The position numbers and the translations under genes are program-made. Shown here piece after piece: positions 41,204 to 50,900 of a stretch of 64,000 nt of DNA; within the stretch, counting starts at the first letter, position 1, and each line of letters starts with the position of its first letter. Where the stretch lies: assembly GCA_040767085.1 (NCBI GenBank), contig JAXGPF010000003.1:416001-480000 (forward strand), in the 5' to 3' direction. Under the pieces are notes generated by a model that saw nothing but the letters and a program-made list of their open reading frames with translations, made no database searches and was not told the DNA's origin. Origin of the DNA: Kiritimatiellia bacterium. Lineage in GTDB: Bacteria > Verrucomicrobiota > Kiritimatiellia > JAAZAB01.

Positions 41204-44200
41204 GTGGTTGATGAATTGATTAGCCAATTTTCGCCGGCGGCGTTCAGTGAATGGTGCCGGGAGAAGTTCGATCGCTTTACAGCCGACCCCCATACGGCGT
41301 CAGATGCCGGTGATTTCGCCCAAGCCGAAATCGTAGGCTATGTTCAGTCTCTGCCAGACGGAGAGGCGAATCGTCCCCTGCTGGTCATGGCCATCCATGC
41401 CGGAGAGCAGATCAATGAACGCTCCAGCCGCCGCCGGCAGTTCGACTTTGCCCGCAAACAACTCCAAGCCGCCATTGATAAGCCCCCCGCCAAGGTGAAG
41501 GGGCTGTTCACCCAAGGTCTGTTTGCCTTCTATGACAATGCCGGCGCCTTCCGTCTTAGTCTCGTCTCCGGGCGCGCGGATGGGAAAAGGCTTGGATACA
41601 GCGATTTCAAGCGCCAGTCTTTTTTTGTCACGGTGAACCGGAACAAGACCTTCCGCTCCCGGATGAAGTCACCCTTTGGCACCTACCAAGACCTTGCCGA
41701 AGCCTTCTCCGTTGAGGCCCTGACCAAGGAGTTCTACAATCGCCTTTTCGCCTGGTATGAACGCGCCATGGCGCCTGAATCCAAGATTACCTTTCCCAAT
41801 GACCTGGCTCGGGATGACGATGACCGCAACCTGCTCGCCGAGCATCTCATCCGCCTCATCACCCGCCTGATGTTCGTCTGGTTCATACGGCAGAAAAATC
41901 TGGTGCCGCCAACTCTCTTCGACGTTGCCGCGCTCAAACAGATCCTCAAGGATTTCAATCCGCTCTCATCAAAACAGGACAACTACTACCGTGCCATCCT
42001 TCAAAATCTCTTTTTCGCAACGCTGAACTGCGAGATCGTGGAACGCAAGTTTGCGCCGGAAGTGCATTGGCCAAAAAGCAAGGAACACTTTGGCATTAAG
42101 CTGCTCTATCGCTATCCCAAGGAGTTTGCATGTCCCGAAAAGGATGTTATCAGACTTTTTAGTAAAGTTCCCTTCCTCAACGGCGGCCTTTTCGAGTGCT
42201 TGGATAAGGATAATGATTACCAGGACGGCTTCAGCCGCAACGACAAGCGGCGCGCGCACATCCCCAATGCCCTTTTCTTCGATGACACGGGACTGATTAC
42301 CCTCTTCTCCCTTTATGATTTCACTGTGGATGAAAACGCTCCTAATGATGCCGACGTTGCCCTCGATCCCGAACTGCTCGGCAAAGTTTTCGAAAACCTG
42401 CTGGGAGCCTACAACCCGGAGACGCAGGATACCGCCCGTAAACAGAGCGGCTCCTTCTATACTCCCCGCGAGATTGTCAACTATATGGTGGACGAGAGTC
42501 TCGTCGCCCATCTTCGGACGCAAGTTCCCGAGGTGGAGGAATCCGCGATTCGCCTCCTGTTGGGCGAGGAAAATCTGCCCGACCTTCCCGAATCCATACG
42601 TCGCAAACTGGTCGAAGCCCTCTACCATTGCCGTATTCTCGACCCCGCCTGTGGCTCGGGCGCCTTTCCGATGGGACTCCTGCTCAAGATGGTGCACCTG
42701 CTTCAACGCCTTGACCCAAAAAACACTCTCTGGCACGAGGTGGTCATGGCGGAAACCGAGCGGGCGCTGGCCGCGGCCGAGACTCTGAGCGACCAGGAGA
42801 AAACCGAACGCCGCAAGCGCATTACCGACAGTTTTGAACAAAGCGTCAACGAACCCGATTACGCCCGCAAGCTCTACCTGATAGAGAATTGTATCTTCGG
42901 CGTGGACATCCAGTCAATCGCCGTCCAGATAGCCAAACTCCGCGCCTTTATCACACTGGTATGCGACCAGACGCCCACCGCGGATGCCGGCAAGAACTAC
43001 GGCATGCTCCCGCTGCCGAACCTGGAAACCAAGTTCGTCGCCGCCAACTCTCTAATCGGCTTAGCGTCCGATTTCGCGGACGGACTCAAGTCAGCCGATG
43101 GCATCAGCCTCTTGAACGATGACGTGCTGCACCGCCTGCGCGCGGAACTCGCCGATGTCCGCCACCGGCATTTTCGGGCGCGCACCGCCCCGGAAAAGAA
43201 CAAATGCCGCAAGCTGGACGACGATCTGCGCGGCAAGATCAAAACGCGCCTCGTCGAGCTTGCCAGCAAGCCGGACGCCGAGAAGATCGCCCTATGGCGG
43301 ACTGAAATCGAAAAATTCCAGCAGCAGCGCCAGGCCGTCGAAAAGGAAGACTGGCGGGACGTCGTCCAGGCCAAGCCCACGCAAGGCGACATGTTCGAGC
43401 AAGCGCCGCCGCCGGTCCAAACCGTGCTGCGGCTGGATGTGAACAAGGAACAGCGGGATCGGATTGATAGCGACATCCGCCGCCTTACCCGCTCCATCGA
43501 GGCCGAGGAATACCGGGCCAGGAACAAGAGCGCCTTCCAGAAGGAGGCCGATAGGCTGGCTTCTTGGGATCCCTACGACCAGAACGCATCGTCTCCATTT
43601 TTTGATCCGCAGTGGATGTTTGACGTTAGAAGCGGCTTTGACATCGTCATCGGCAACCCGCCTTATGGTTTTCGGAGCGTCCTGTCCAAGGACGACAAAG
43701 TGTATTATCGCAAGGTAGAAGGCATCACGTTCCCGTCTGGAGACAGCGCAGAATTATTTGTGATCAAGACATTAAAAAACCATGTTGGCGCCGTTGGATC
43801 TCTCACATTCATCATCCCGAAGAAATCTCTTTACGGGGAATCTTGGTCTAATATCAGGCAAGTGTGGTTAACTAATAGTCTTGGGTTCCTGATGGACGCA
43901 AGCCAAGCGTTTGAAAACGTTCTGCTCGAACAAGTCGCTTTTTTGATTTCCAAGAATCGGTCGCAAGCGCATCCTGTTACGATTGGATGCCTCGATAATA
44001 CGCAGAAAAGGATTCATGTATTCGGTTCTTTCACGCGTGAGCGCATTTTGTCAACAGACGGGAGAAACGCACAGATATATAGGGGGCTCTATCCTGTGTC
44101 ATTGCTCGAAAAGATAAAATCAAGGTCTGTTGAAGACACGCGGACAATTCTCAAGGCAGAAATCGGCATATCGAATATCACACAAGATCTAACACTCTCT

Positions 44201-44869
44201 CCAAATGGCAATTACCCTTGTTTGAAAGGTATTGATCTTTTGCGGTATGGCGTTAAGCCAACAGTGCGTTACTTGCGCGGCAAAGTGGCGCAAGAGTACA
44301 TTAAGGAATACTCACACCAAAAAATCGTCTCACAGAAAATTGTGGCGCATCTTACGAAACCTATGCCACATATCCTTCTTGCACTCACGTGGGACACAGA
44401 GAAACGCCTGCTACATGATACGTGCGTCGAAATCCGAGTGTTGGACGATCGGTTAAAGAGTCTCTTTGTTCTTGCCTATCTGCAATCCGCTTTCATTTCA
44501 TGGTACGCATACAATCTTGTATACAATCGTGCATGTCGAACGATGGACTTCATCAACTACTACGTAACTCAACTTCCATTTCCCCAGATTGTCCTTGATA
44601 ATCCTATGGTGCAAAATCCCATAGTTGATTTGGCGCATAAAATAATTGTTGCCAAGAAAGCGGATTTCTGCGCTGATACTTCAAAAGATGAAATCAAAAT
44701 CAACGTTCTCGTTTACAAACTATATGGCCTGATAGACAAAGAGATTGCGATTGTGGAAGGGCGGGAGGCCAGCACAAAACGGCCGGCCTACGCCGCCAAA
44801 CCTGCCAAGCCGTCCGCCACCCGCAAGCCCCGAAAGAGCGTAATGGTTGACGATCCGGGCCTGGCGTGA
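41204..44869 (+). CDS. Type IIG/Eco57I-like restriction-modification fusion (N6-adenine MTase + TRD)
   Basis: FSVEALTKEFY, FLNGGLFE, LGKVFENLL, SGSFYTP, ILDPACGSGAF (motif I) and FDIVIGNPPY (motif IV); TaqI-like C-terminus. Confidence 0.9.
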   Translation: MVDELISQFSPAAFSEWCREKFDRFTADPHTASDAGDFAQAEIVGYVQSLPDGEANRPLLVMAIHAGEQINERSSRRRQFDFARKQLQAAIDKPPAKVKGLFTQGLFAFYDNAGAFRLSLVSGRADGKRLGYSDFKRQSFFVTVNRNKTFRSRMKSPFGTYQDLAEAFSVEALTKEFYNRLFAWYERAMAPESKITFPNDLARDDDDRNLLAEHLIRLITRLMFVWFIRQKNLVPPTLFDVAALKQILKDFNPLSSKQDNYYRAILQNLFFATLNCEIVERKFAPEVHWPKSKEHFGIKLLYRYPKEFACPEKDVIRLFSKVPFLNGGLFECLDKDNDYQDGFSRNDKRRAHIPNALFFDDTGLITLFSLYDFTVDENAPNDADVALDPELLGKVFENLLGAYNPETQDTARKQSGSFYTPREIVNYMVDESLVAHLRTQVPEVEESAIRLLLGEENLPDLPESIRRKLVEALYHCRILDPACGSGAFPMGLLLKMVHLLQRLDPKNTLWHEVVMAETERALAAAETLSDQEKTERRKRITDSFEQSVNEPDYARKLYLIENCIFGVDIQSIAVQIAKLRAFITLVCDQTPTADAGKNYGMLPLPNLETKFVAANSLIGLASDFADGLKSADGISLLNDDVLHRLRAELADVRHRHFRARTAPEKNKCRKLDDDLRGKIKTRLVELASKPDAEKIALWRTEIEKFQQQRQAVEKEDWRDVVQAKPTQGDMFEQAPPPVQTVLRLDVNKEQRDRIDSDIRRLTRSIEAEEYRARNKSAFQKEADRLASWDPYDQNASSPFFDPQWMFDVRSGFDIVIGNPPYGFRSVLSKDDKVYYRKVEGITFPSGDSAELFVIKTLKNHVGAVGSLTFIIPKKSLYGESWSNIRQVWLTNSLGFLMDASQAFENVLLEQVAFLISKNRSQAHPVTIGCLDNTQKRIHVFGSFTRERILSTDGRNAQIYRGLYPVSLLEKIKSRSVEDTRTILKAEIGISNITQDLTLSPNGNYPCLKGIDLLRYGVKPTVRYLRGKVAQEYIKEYSHQKIVSQKIVAHLTKPMPHILLALTWDTEKRLLHDTCVEIRVLDDRLKSLFVLAYLQSAFISWYAYNLVYNRACRTMDFINYYVTQLPFPQIVLDNPMVQNPIVDLAHKIIVAKKADFCADTSKDEIKINVLVYKLYGLIDKEIAIVEGREASTKRPAYAAKPAKPSATRKPRKSVMVDDPGLA

Positions 44870-44926
44870 TCCGGCCTTGCGGAACGACGAGGATGGGGAT
44901 AGAATGCGGGCATACGGAGAAAAATT

Positions 44927-45265
44927 ATGAGTGCGCCAAGCATATCGGATTCCATTCACAGTTACGTCAGACAACTGGTTAAGCACTTCAACCCGCAAAC
45001 CGTGCTTTTGTTCGGTTCCCAAGCCACGGGAACATCAGACGCGGACAGCGACGTTGATCTTCTGGTGGTCATGGAGCACGACAAGAAGCGCGATGTCGAG
45101 CAAGAGATCGAAATTGATCGGACGCTTTCGCGCCCATTTCCACTGGATATCCTGGTCCGCAGGCCGGTGGAGGTGCGCCGGCGGTTGGCGGCGCGCGACA
45201 TGGCTCTGACCACCATGTTCAAAACAGGAAAGAGGCTGTATGAACGTTCGCCACATCACGCTTGA
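44927..45265 (+). CDS. Minimal nucleotidyltransferase (MNT) antitoxin-like protein
   Basis: LFGS-X10-DVDLLV motif; 112 aa. Confidence 0.9.
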   Translation: MSAPSISDSIHSYVRQLVKHFNPQTVLLFGSQATGTSDADSDVDLLVVMEHDKKRDVEQEIEIDRTLSRPFPLDILVRRPVEVRRRLAARDMALTTMFKTGKRLYERSPHHA

Positions 45266-45641
45266 GTGGGTCGGGAAGGCGGAGGAGGATGCCGCCGTTG
45301 CCGAGCGCGAGAACCGTGTGCGCAAGCATTTTTCGCCGGGAACGGTCTGCTATCATGCCCAGCAGTGTATCGAGAAATACCTTAAGGCGGTCTTGCAGAA
45401 ACTGGCGCGACCCATCCCGAAGACGCATGATCTCTACATACTTCTCGGTCTTTGCGGCGTGGATCGTTTCGGGGCCGCCGTTGATCGGGACGGGCTTGTC
45501 AGTTTGACGCGGTACGCCACGCGTTTCCGTTATCCTGGAGAATCCGCAACAAAGGACGATGCGAAACTGGCTATCCTACTTATGCGCCGATATCGTAAAG
45601 CGCTCCGCGAACATCTGGATTTGCAGGACAACAAGTCCTGA
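45240..45641 (+). CDS. HEPN domain protein (MNT-HEPN pair)
   Basis: CYHAQQCIEKYLKA, PKTHDL and RYPG motifs; overlaps the MNT gene. Confidence 0.88.
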   Translation: MNVRHITLEWVGKAEEDAAVAERENRVRKHFSPGTVCYHAQQCIEKYLKAVLQKLARPIPKTHDLYILLGLCGVDRFGAAVDRDGLVSLTRYATRFRYPGESATKDDAKLAILLMRRYRKALREHLDLQDNKS

Positions 45642-45666
45642 TTGTCAGAAGGTTTGGACTCCACCT

Positions 45667-48600
45667 ATGCCCACGAACCTCTTCATCACCAATGGCGCAA
45701 GCGGCAACCTGGGCCAGCGCCTGCGCGAACTGATCTCAACGAGCCGGGAGATGCGGGCGCTGGTGGGCTTTTTCTATTTCTCCGGCGTCAAGGTGCTTTA
45801 TGAAGCATTGCGGGCCAACCCAACCATCAAATTGCGTGTGCTGGTGGGAATGGAAGCCGAAGAACACTGCGGTCAATTGCAGGAACTGGTGCTATCCTGT
45901 GGCGAAAAGAGCCGGGGCGAGACTCAGGATGCCTATGTGGACAATCTGCGCCGCGCGCTACGTTTCGCATCCCTGGATAAACAATCCTTTCATGAAAGAA
46001 TCGGCGCTTTTGTCGAGCTTGTCCGCGAAGGCCGCCTGGTCATCCGCAAGACGCGGGAGCCCAATCACGCGAAACTCTACCTGTTCGACATCGCCGAGCC
46101 CTACTGCAAGGTGAAACCGGGCGTATGGATCAGCGGCAGCAGCAATCTCACGCTGCCCGGCCTGGAGTCGCAGGGAGAGCTGAACCTTGACCTATCGGAC
46201 TTTGGCTTTGCCGAGGCCGGTGCTTATTTCGACGAACTCTGGCGCGACGCGGTTCCACTCACTGAAAACGAGAACGTGCGGCAGAGGATTCTCTCCCTGA
46301 TCGACCGCGCCTCTATCGTTTCTCCTGTCACTCCGTTTGAGGCATACATGCTGGTCCTGAAGAACTACGTGGAGCACCGCATGCTGGCGGACCACGGAGG
46401 CCGGATGAACCGCATTCTGGAAGACGCCGGTTATATCCGGTACACCTACCAGGTGGACGCCGTGAATCAGGCCATTGCCACGCTGGACGGCTATAACGGC
46501 GTCATCGTGGCCGATGTAGTAGGCCTCGGCAAAACCATCATCGCCTGCCTGATTGCCCGTTTGCGCGGCCGCCGCGGCATTGTTATTGCTCCGCCTGGCC
46601 TGATAGGTGATCGCAACGCTACCACTGGCTGGCGCGCCTATCTGCGAGAGTTTAAACTTCATGACTGGGAAGTGCGTTCCTGCGGTAGCCTGGATGAAAT
46701 CCGCGCCTACGTCGAACGCGACGCAACCTTCCGCACTGTGATCGTGGATGAGGCCCATCGCTTTCGCAACCAGAACACCGAAGACTATGACGACCTTTTG
46801 CAGACATGCCGCGGCAAAGAGGTGATCCTGCTCACCGCCACGCCTTTCAACAATCGTCCCGCCGACCTGCTCTCGCTCCTGAAACTCTTTTTGCCGCCGA
46901 AGAATTGCCCGCTAGTCCTTGATGGCAACATGGAGGCCGATTTCAGGGACTACAACGAGATTTTCCGCATGATTGGCTTCGTGTTGAAGAACATGAAGAC
47001 TGCCGAAAAGTATGATGAAGTCTGCCGGATGCTTGAACGACTCCACATCGCCTTGACGCCTGAAGCAGGGAACTACAAGAAGATTAAGGAAGCGCTCGGC
47101 AAGCGCTCAGCCGACGTTGCCCGCAAGATGCGCGCTATCATTGAACCGGTCACCATCCGCCGTAACCGCCTCGACCTCAAGGGCAACCCGGACTATGCCA
47201 GGGAGATCACGACACTTTCAAACGTGCGCCCCCCGGCCGAGCAATTCTACTTCCTGTCCAAAAAACAGAGCGATTTCTACGATCGGGTCATCTCCGAATA
47301 CTTCGGTCCCAACGGCCGGTTCCACGGCTCTATCTACCGCCCCGTGCAGTACGATACCTCGGATGACCGGGAAGAAGCCCAGCAGATCAACATGTTCGCA
47401 TTTATGCGCGGCCTCTTTGTGCGCCGCTTCGAAAGTTCCTTCGGCGCCTTCGCCAGGAGCCTGGAAAATGCAATCACCATGCATGAGAAGGTCGAGGAAT
47501 TCGCAAAGGACACCGGCACGTTGCTTGTAAACCGCACCTTGATGGACAAGATTCTTATGGAGGAAGATGATCGGAAACAGGAAGAACTCCTGCAAGAGAT
47601 GATCCGTAATCTTAAGAAAGGCGAAACCCCTGGCCACCAACAGGTCTATCATCTCGACCAACACTTCGATAAAGAGCGTTTCTTCCGCGACCTCAAGGCG
47701 GACATCAAACTCCTTCGCGTCGTCAAGGAGGAGATGAAGGACTTAAACCTTGAGATGCACGACCCCAAAGCCCAACGCATCATTGAGATTCTAAAATCTG
47801 TTCTCGCCCACACCTGTAAGGAAATCACCGGAAAACAGCAGCGCAAGGTACTGATCTTCAGCGAATACGCCGACACTGTAGATCACCTGCAAGGCTATCT
47901 CGATATCGCCCTGCCCAGTAAAGTCCTGGTGGTGAACGACCGACTTTCACGCGAGATGGACCGCACGGTCAAGGCCAACTTCGATGCTTCCTTGCCGGAT
48001 GCCGAGCAGGAGGACGAATTTCAAATCCTGCTCTCCACCGACCGCATGAGTGAAGGTTACAATCTCAATCGCGCCGGCCTGGTCATTAATTACGACATTC
48101 CCTGGAACCCCACCCGCGTCATCCAGCGTGTGGGCCGTATCAACCGCATCGGCAAAAAGGTCTACGAAAACCTGTACATTTTCAACTTCTTCCCCACCGA
48201 GCAGGGCGCGGACATCCACCGCAGCCGGCAGATTGCCGGCGAGAAGATGTTCCTGATCCACTCGACCATTGGCGAGGACGTGCAGATCCTGGCCCCGGAC
48301 GAGGAACCCACAGCCGCTGGGCTCTTCCAGAAGGTCAACGCCGACGCCGAAGAACAGGAAGGCGAGAGTTTCCTTACAAAGGCTCAGCGGGAACTGAAAC
48401 GGCTCTCCCAGCGCCACCCGGAAATACTGGAGCGTATCGCCCAACTCCCCCCGCGAGTCAAGACAGCCTCCAAACACCCACCGGAAGGCGTGTATTTTTT
48501 CAAACGCCGCGGCGCGGCCCTGTTTGCCCTGCTGCACAACGCCGATGCCGTCATCCCCGTTACTATCGAAGAAGGCATCGAGGCGATCCGTTGCGAACCG

Positions 48601-49026
48601 GCCGAACCGCGCGTCGAATTCGCTTCAGACTTTTGGTCAAAGTATGGAGCGCTCTGCACCTACACGCGCGCCGCGCAACAGGAAACACCCGCCACACAAG
48701 GGTGGGTGGCCCGCGCCCGAAATCAACTCTTGTCATTACTCGCCACGGCCCCAGAAACCCGCCGGCAGTTCCTCGAGTTGCTCATAGAAGACATCCAGTA
48801 CTATGGCACCTTGTCCGAGCGTACGTTACGCAAGATCGCTAAACCGGACATCACTGATCCAGATGGTCTTCGCGAGATCGAAAAGCTCCTGGACGCACTG
48901 AAAGGCGAACTCGGTCCCGACTACCTTTCGATTTACAAGAAGGTGGGGGTTGAGGACCAAGTGATTATAACCATCGAACAACAAGGCAGGATTACAGAAC
49001 CTCCTACACAAGGGATTCCCACTTAA
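45667..49026 (+). CDS. PLD-nuclease domain fused to an SF2 (SNF2-like) helicase
   Basis: VGFFYFSG and HAKLY..GSSNLT (PLD); ADVVGLGKT, DEAH, LTATP, SEGYNL and QRVGRINRIG (helicase). Start placed at ATG 45667. Confidence 0.9.
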   Translation: MPTNLFITNGASGNLGQRLRELISTSREMRALVGFFYFSGVKVLYEALRANPTIKLRVLVGMEAEEHCGQLQELVLSCGEKSRGETQDAYVDNLRRALRFASLDKQSFHERIGAFVELVREGRLVIRKTREPNHAKLYLFDIAEPYCKVKPGVWISGSSNLTLPGLESQGELNLDLSDFGFAEAGAYFDELWRDAVPLTENENVRQRILSLIDRASIVSPVTPFEAYMLVLKNYVEHRMLADHGGRMNRILEDAGYIRYTYQVDAVNQAIATLDGYNGVIVADVVGLGKTIIACLIARLRGRRGIVIAPPGLIGDRNATTGWRAYLREFKLHDWEVRSCGSLDEIRAYVERDATFRTVIVDEAHRFRNQNTEDYDDLLQTCRGKEVILLTATPFNNRPADLLSLLKLFLPPKNCPLVLDGNMEADFRDYNEIFRMIGFVLKNMKTAEKYDEVCRMLERLHIALTPEAGNYKKIKEALGKRSADVARKMRAIIEPVTIRRNRLDLKGNPDYAREITTLSNVRPPAEQFYFLSKKQSDFYDRVISEYFGPNGRFHGSIYRPVQYDTSDDREEAQQINMFAFMRGLFVRRFESSFGAFARSLENAITMHEKVEEFAKDTGTLLVNRTLMDKILMEEDDRKQEELLQEMIRNLKKGETPGHQQVYHLDQHFDKERFFRDLKADIKLLRVVKEEMKDLNLEMHDPKAQRIIEILKSVLAHTCKEITGKQQRKVLIFSEYADTVDHLQGYLDIALPSKVLVVNDRLSREMDRTVKANFDASLPDAEQEDEFQILLSTDRMSEGYNLNRAGLVINYDIPWNPTRVIQRVGRINRIGKKVYENLYIFNFFPTEQGADIHRSRQIAGEKMFLIHSTIGEDVQILAPDEEPTAAGLFQKVNADAEEQEGESFLTKAQRELKRLSQRHPEILERIAQLPPRVKTASKHPPEGVYFFKRRGAALFALLHNADAVIPVTIEEGIEAIRCEPAEPRVEFASDFWSKYGALCTYTRAAQQETPATQGWVARARNQLLSLLATAPETRRQFLELLIEDIQYYGTLSERTLRKIAKPDITDPDGLREIEKLLDALKGELGPDYLSIYKKVGVEDQVIITIEQQGRITEPPTQGIPT

Positions 49027-49043
49027 CAAGAAAGGACACCTGC

Positions 49044-49193
49044 GTGAAGCATTTTCTTTCCCTTCTGAAGTCACGCGACATCTCTAAGTCCCCCAAGGAA
49101 GACATCCGCGTCATTGGCATAGACCTTGGCACCACCATCTCAACGGTTTCGGAATTCCTCTGGAAAGCCGGTCAAGCCAGCATATATAATTGA
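49044..49193 (+). pseudogene. Truncated Hsp70/DnaK-family gene (N-terminal 49 aa only)
   Basis: AAAGGA RBS and GTG start; reads ...DIRVIGIDLGTTISTVSEF... (Hsp70 phosphate-1 motif), then TGA at an abrupt switch to AT-rich sequence. Confidence 0.75.
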
Positions 49194-49361
49194 TAATAAA
49201 CGGTTTGAGATCATCATCCGGCGGTATTCACAACTTAAAAGTTGTTTTTTTACCTGAAATCAGATTTGTAAGCAACGGGCGGTTCGCGCACAATCCATGC
49301 GGATTCCTGACATGTTATCGGGATTTCGTGCTTGCAGCGGTTTTACCATAAGCAGCTTACA

Positions 49362-50351
49362 TTACTCTTCGATATTCCGCGCCCCGCCATCACGCGCGGC
49401 TTCCGCCACGCGGACGGCACACAAGCCATCCTGCAAATCCGGGGCGGCAGCCGAGCCGGAACGCAGCATTTCCAGAAAGGCCGCGGTCTCGCCCAGTGTG
49501 CCGGTCTTTTCATAAAACGGCATATCTTCCGGCGCCTGCCATTCCAGGCTGATTTTTTTGCTTTCCCAGATCGTCAGCTTTCCTTGCTCCACATCCAGCC
49601 GCACATGATAATTTCGCCCGAATACCTCATAAGATTCTTCATAATTGCCGGCGTCGAAGCCCATGACGCAAAACCCGACCGCGCCGTTATCGAATTCCAG
49701 GCGCACGCCGGCATTGTTCATTCTTTCCGGAGCGCGGTTGGAAGACACCGCCATCACCCGCGCCGGCGCCGCGAGCGACATGACCGTGTCATACACATGA
49801 ATCCCGGTTGAATACATGTTTTCCGGTTCCACGCGGCTGTTGCGGACAATGCGCCCCAGTATTAACTCCGGCGGCCGCTGCTCCCGCGCGCCGGCCAGCC
49901 AGTTTTGCGCCCGGGCCATGGCCGGGCCGAACCGCCGGTTGAACGACACCATGTTTTTCACGCCGCGGCGTTTGGCGATTTCCGCCAGTGCGGCAGTTTC
50001 GGCGGCCGACCAGCCCGGCGGCTTTTCGATCAGCGCGTTGAATCCGCGTTCCATGACGTCGCCGCCAATCGGCCGCAGCAGTTTCGGTCCGACGATCACC
50101 AGCACGCCATCCGGCTTTTCCCGCTCCAGCATTTCGACATAATCGGCATCAATCCGGGCAAACCCGAAATCCGCGGCGTATTTTGACGCGCGCGCGGCGT
50201 CCAGGTCGCAGACCGACGCCAGTTCCACGAACGCGGGCTGATCATATCGGATGCGCGCCAGCGCCTGCCCGTGAAACTGGGAATGCCCGCCCGCGCCGAT
50301 CACGCAGATGCGCAAGGGGTGATGACTGTCACGTTTATCGGCCTGGTTCAT
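49362..50351 (-). CDS. Gfo/Idh/MocA family oxidoreductase
   Basis: VIGAGGH, IEKPP, SFNRRF and GIHVYD motifs. Confidence 0.92.
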   Translation of the reverse strand: MNQADKRDSHHPLRICVIGAGGHSQFHGQALARIRYDQPAFVELASVCDLDAARASKYAADFGFARIDADYVEMLEREKPDGVLVIVGPKLLRPIGGDVMERGFNALIEKPPGWSAAETAALAEIAKRRGVKNMVSFNRRFGPAMARAQNWLAGAREQRPPELILGRIVRNSRVEPENMYSTGIHVYDTVMSLAAPARVMAVSSNRAPERMNNAGVRLEFDNGAVGFCVMGFDAGNYEESYEVFGRNYHVRLDVEQGKLTIWESKKISLEWQAPEDMPFYEKTGTLGETAAFLEMLRSGSAAAPDLQDGLCAVRVAEAARDGGARNIEE

Positions 50352-50656
50352 TTTCGGGTAACACTTTTCCGGTAAAATCGTCCGGTGTTTCCCGCAAAAT
50401 CACCATTCGTTTATGCGGGTTGTTCAGGCTGTGGACTGCCAAGCTCCGCCGGGAGCGCTGCCGCCATTCCCCCCGAACCCCGCGTTTCTCAACCTGTTTT
50501 TTTGAAAGACAATTCCCCCAAAAAACTGGCGTAAGAATAACCGCATTGGACGTCCGCTGTCAAAGTAAAAAAAACGCGGAAAACCAGGGGGGAGTAATTC
50601 GTTGATATTCAATCGGTTACGACAAGAAGAAAAATTTAATATTTTTTAGAAAAATG

Positions 50657-50685
50657 TTGACGCCGCGGCGTTTTTTTTGTATCTT
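50657..50685 (+). promoter_or_regulatory. Putative sigma70 promoter
   Basis: TTGACG-N17-TATCTT with an AT-rich upstream element. Confidence 0.6.
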
Positions 50686-50727
50686 GCGTGTCTTGTTGTA
50701 ATAATCTAATCAGAAAGGAGTTGCCCC

Positions 50728-50892
50728 ATGTCCGCTACACACATCGCCGAATCGAAACCAAAATCCCCGCGCCATGGCAACGGCGCATTCTGCCAGGCAC
50801 CATCACTTCTCATTTTGCAAACTGTGTCCAGTGCGGTAACCCATGCCATACGTAAATTCTCGATTCCGCCATTACCAACGACTTTCTTCTAA
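50728..50892 (+). CDS. Small 54-aa ORF of unknown function
   Basis: AGAAAGGAG RBS and promoter upstream; MSATHIAESKPKSPRHGNGAFCQAPSLLILQTVSSAVTHAIRKFSIPPLPTTFF. Confidence 0.4.
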   Translation: MSATHIAESKPKSPRHGNGAFCQAPSLLILQTVSSAVTHAIRKFSIPPLPTTFF

Positions 50893-50900
50893 AGCACAAA

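Noticed and set aside
41204-49026. DISARM or BREX assignment
   Set aside because: Core genes drmA/drmB and pglZ/brxC are not present in the window.
50728-50892. his operon attenuator leader peptide
   Set aside because: No His-codon run (three scattered His), and it lies 2 kb from hisD.
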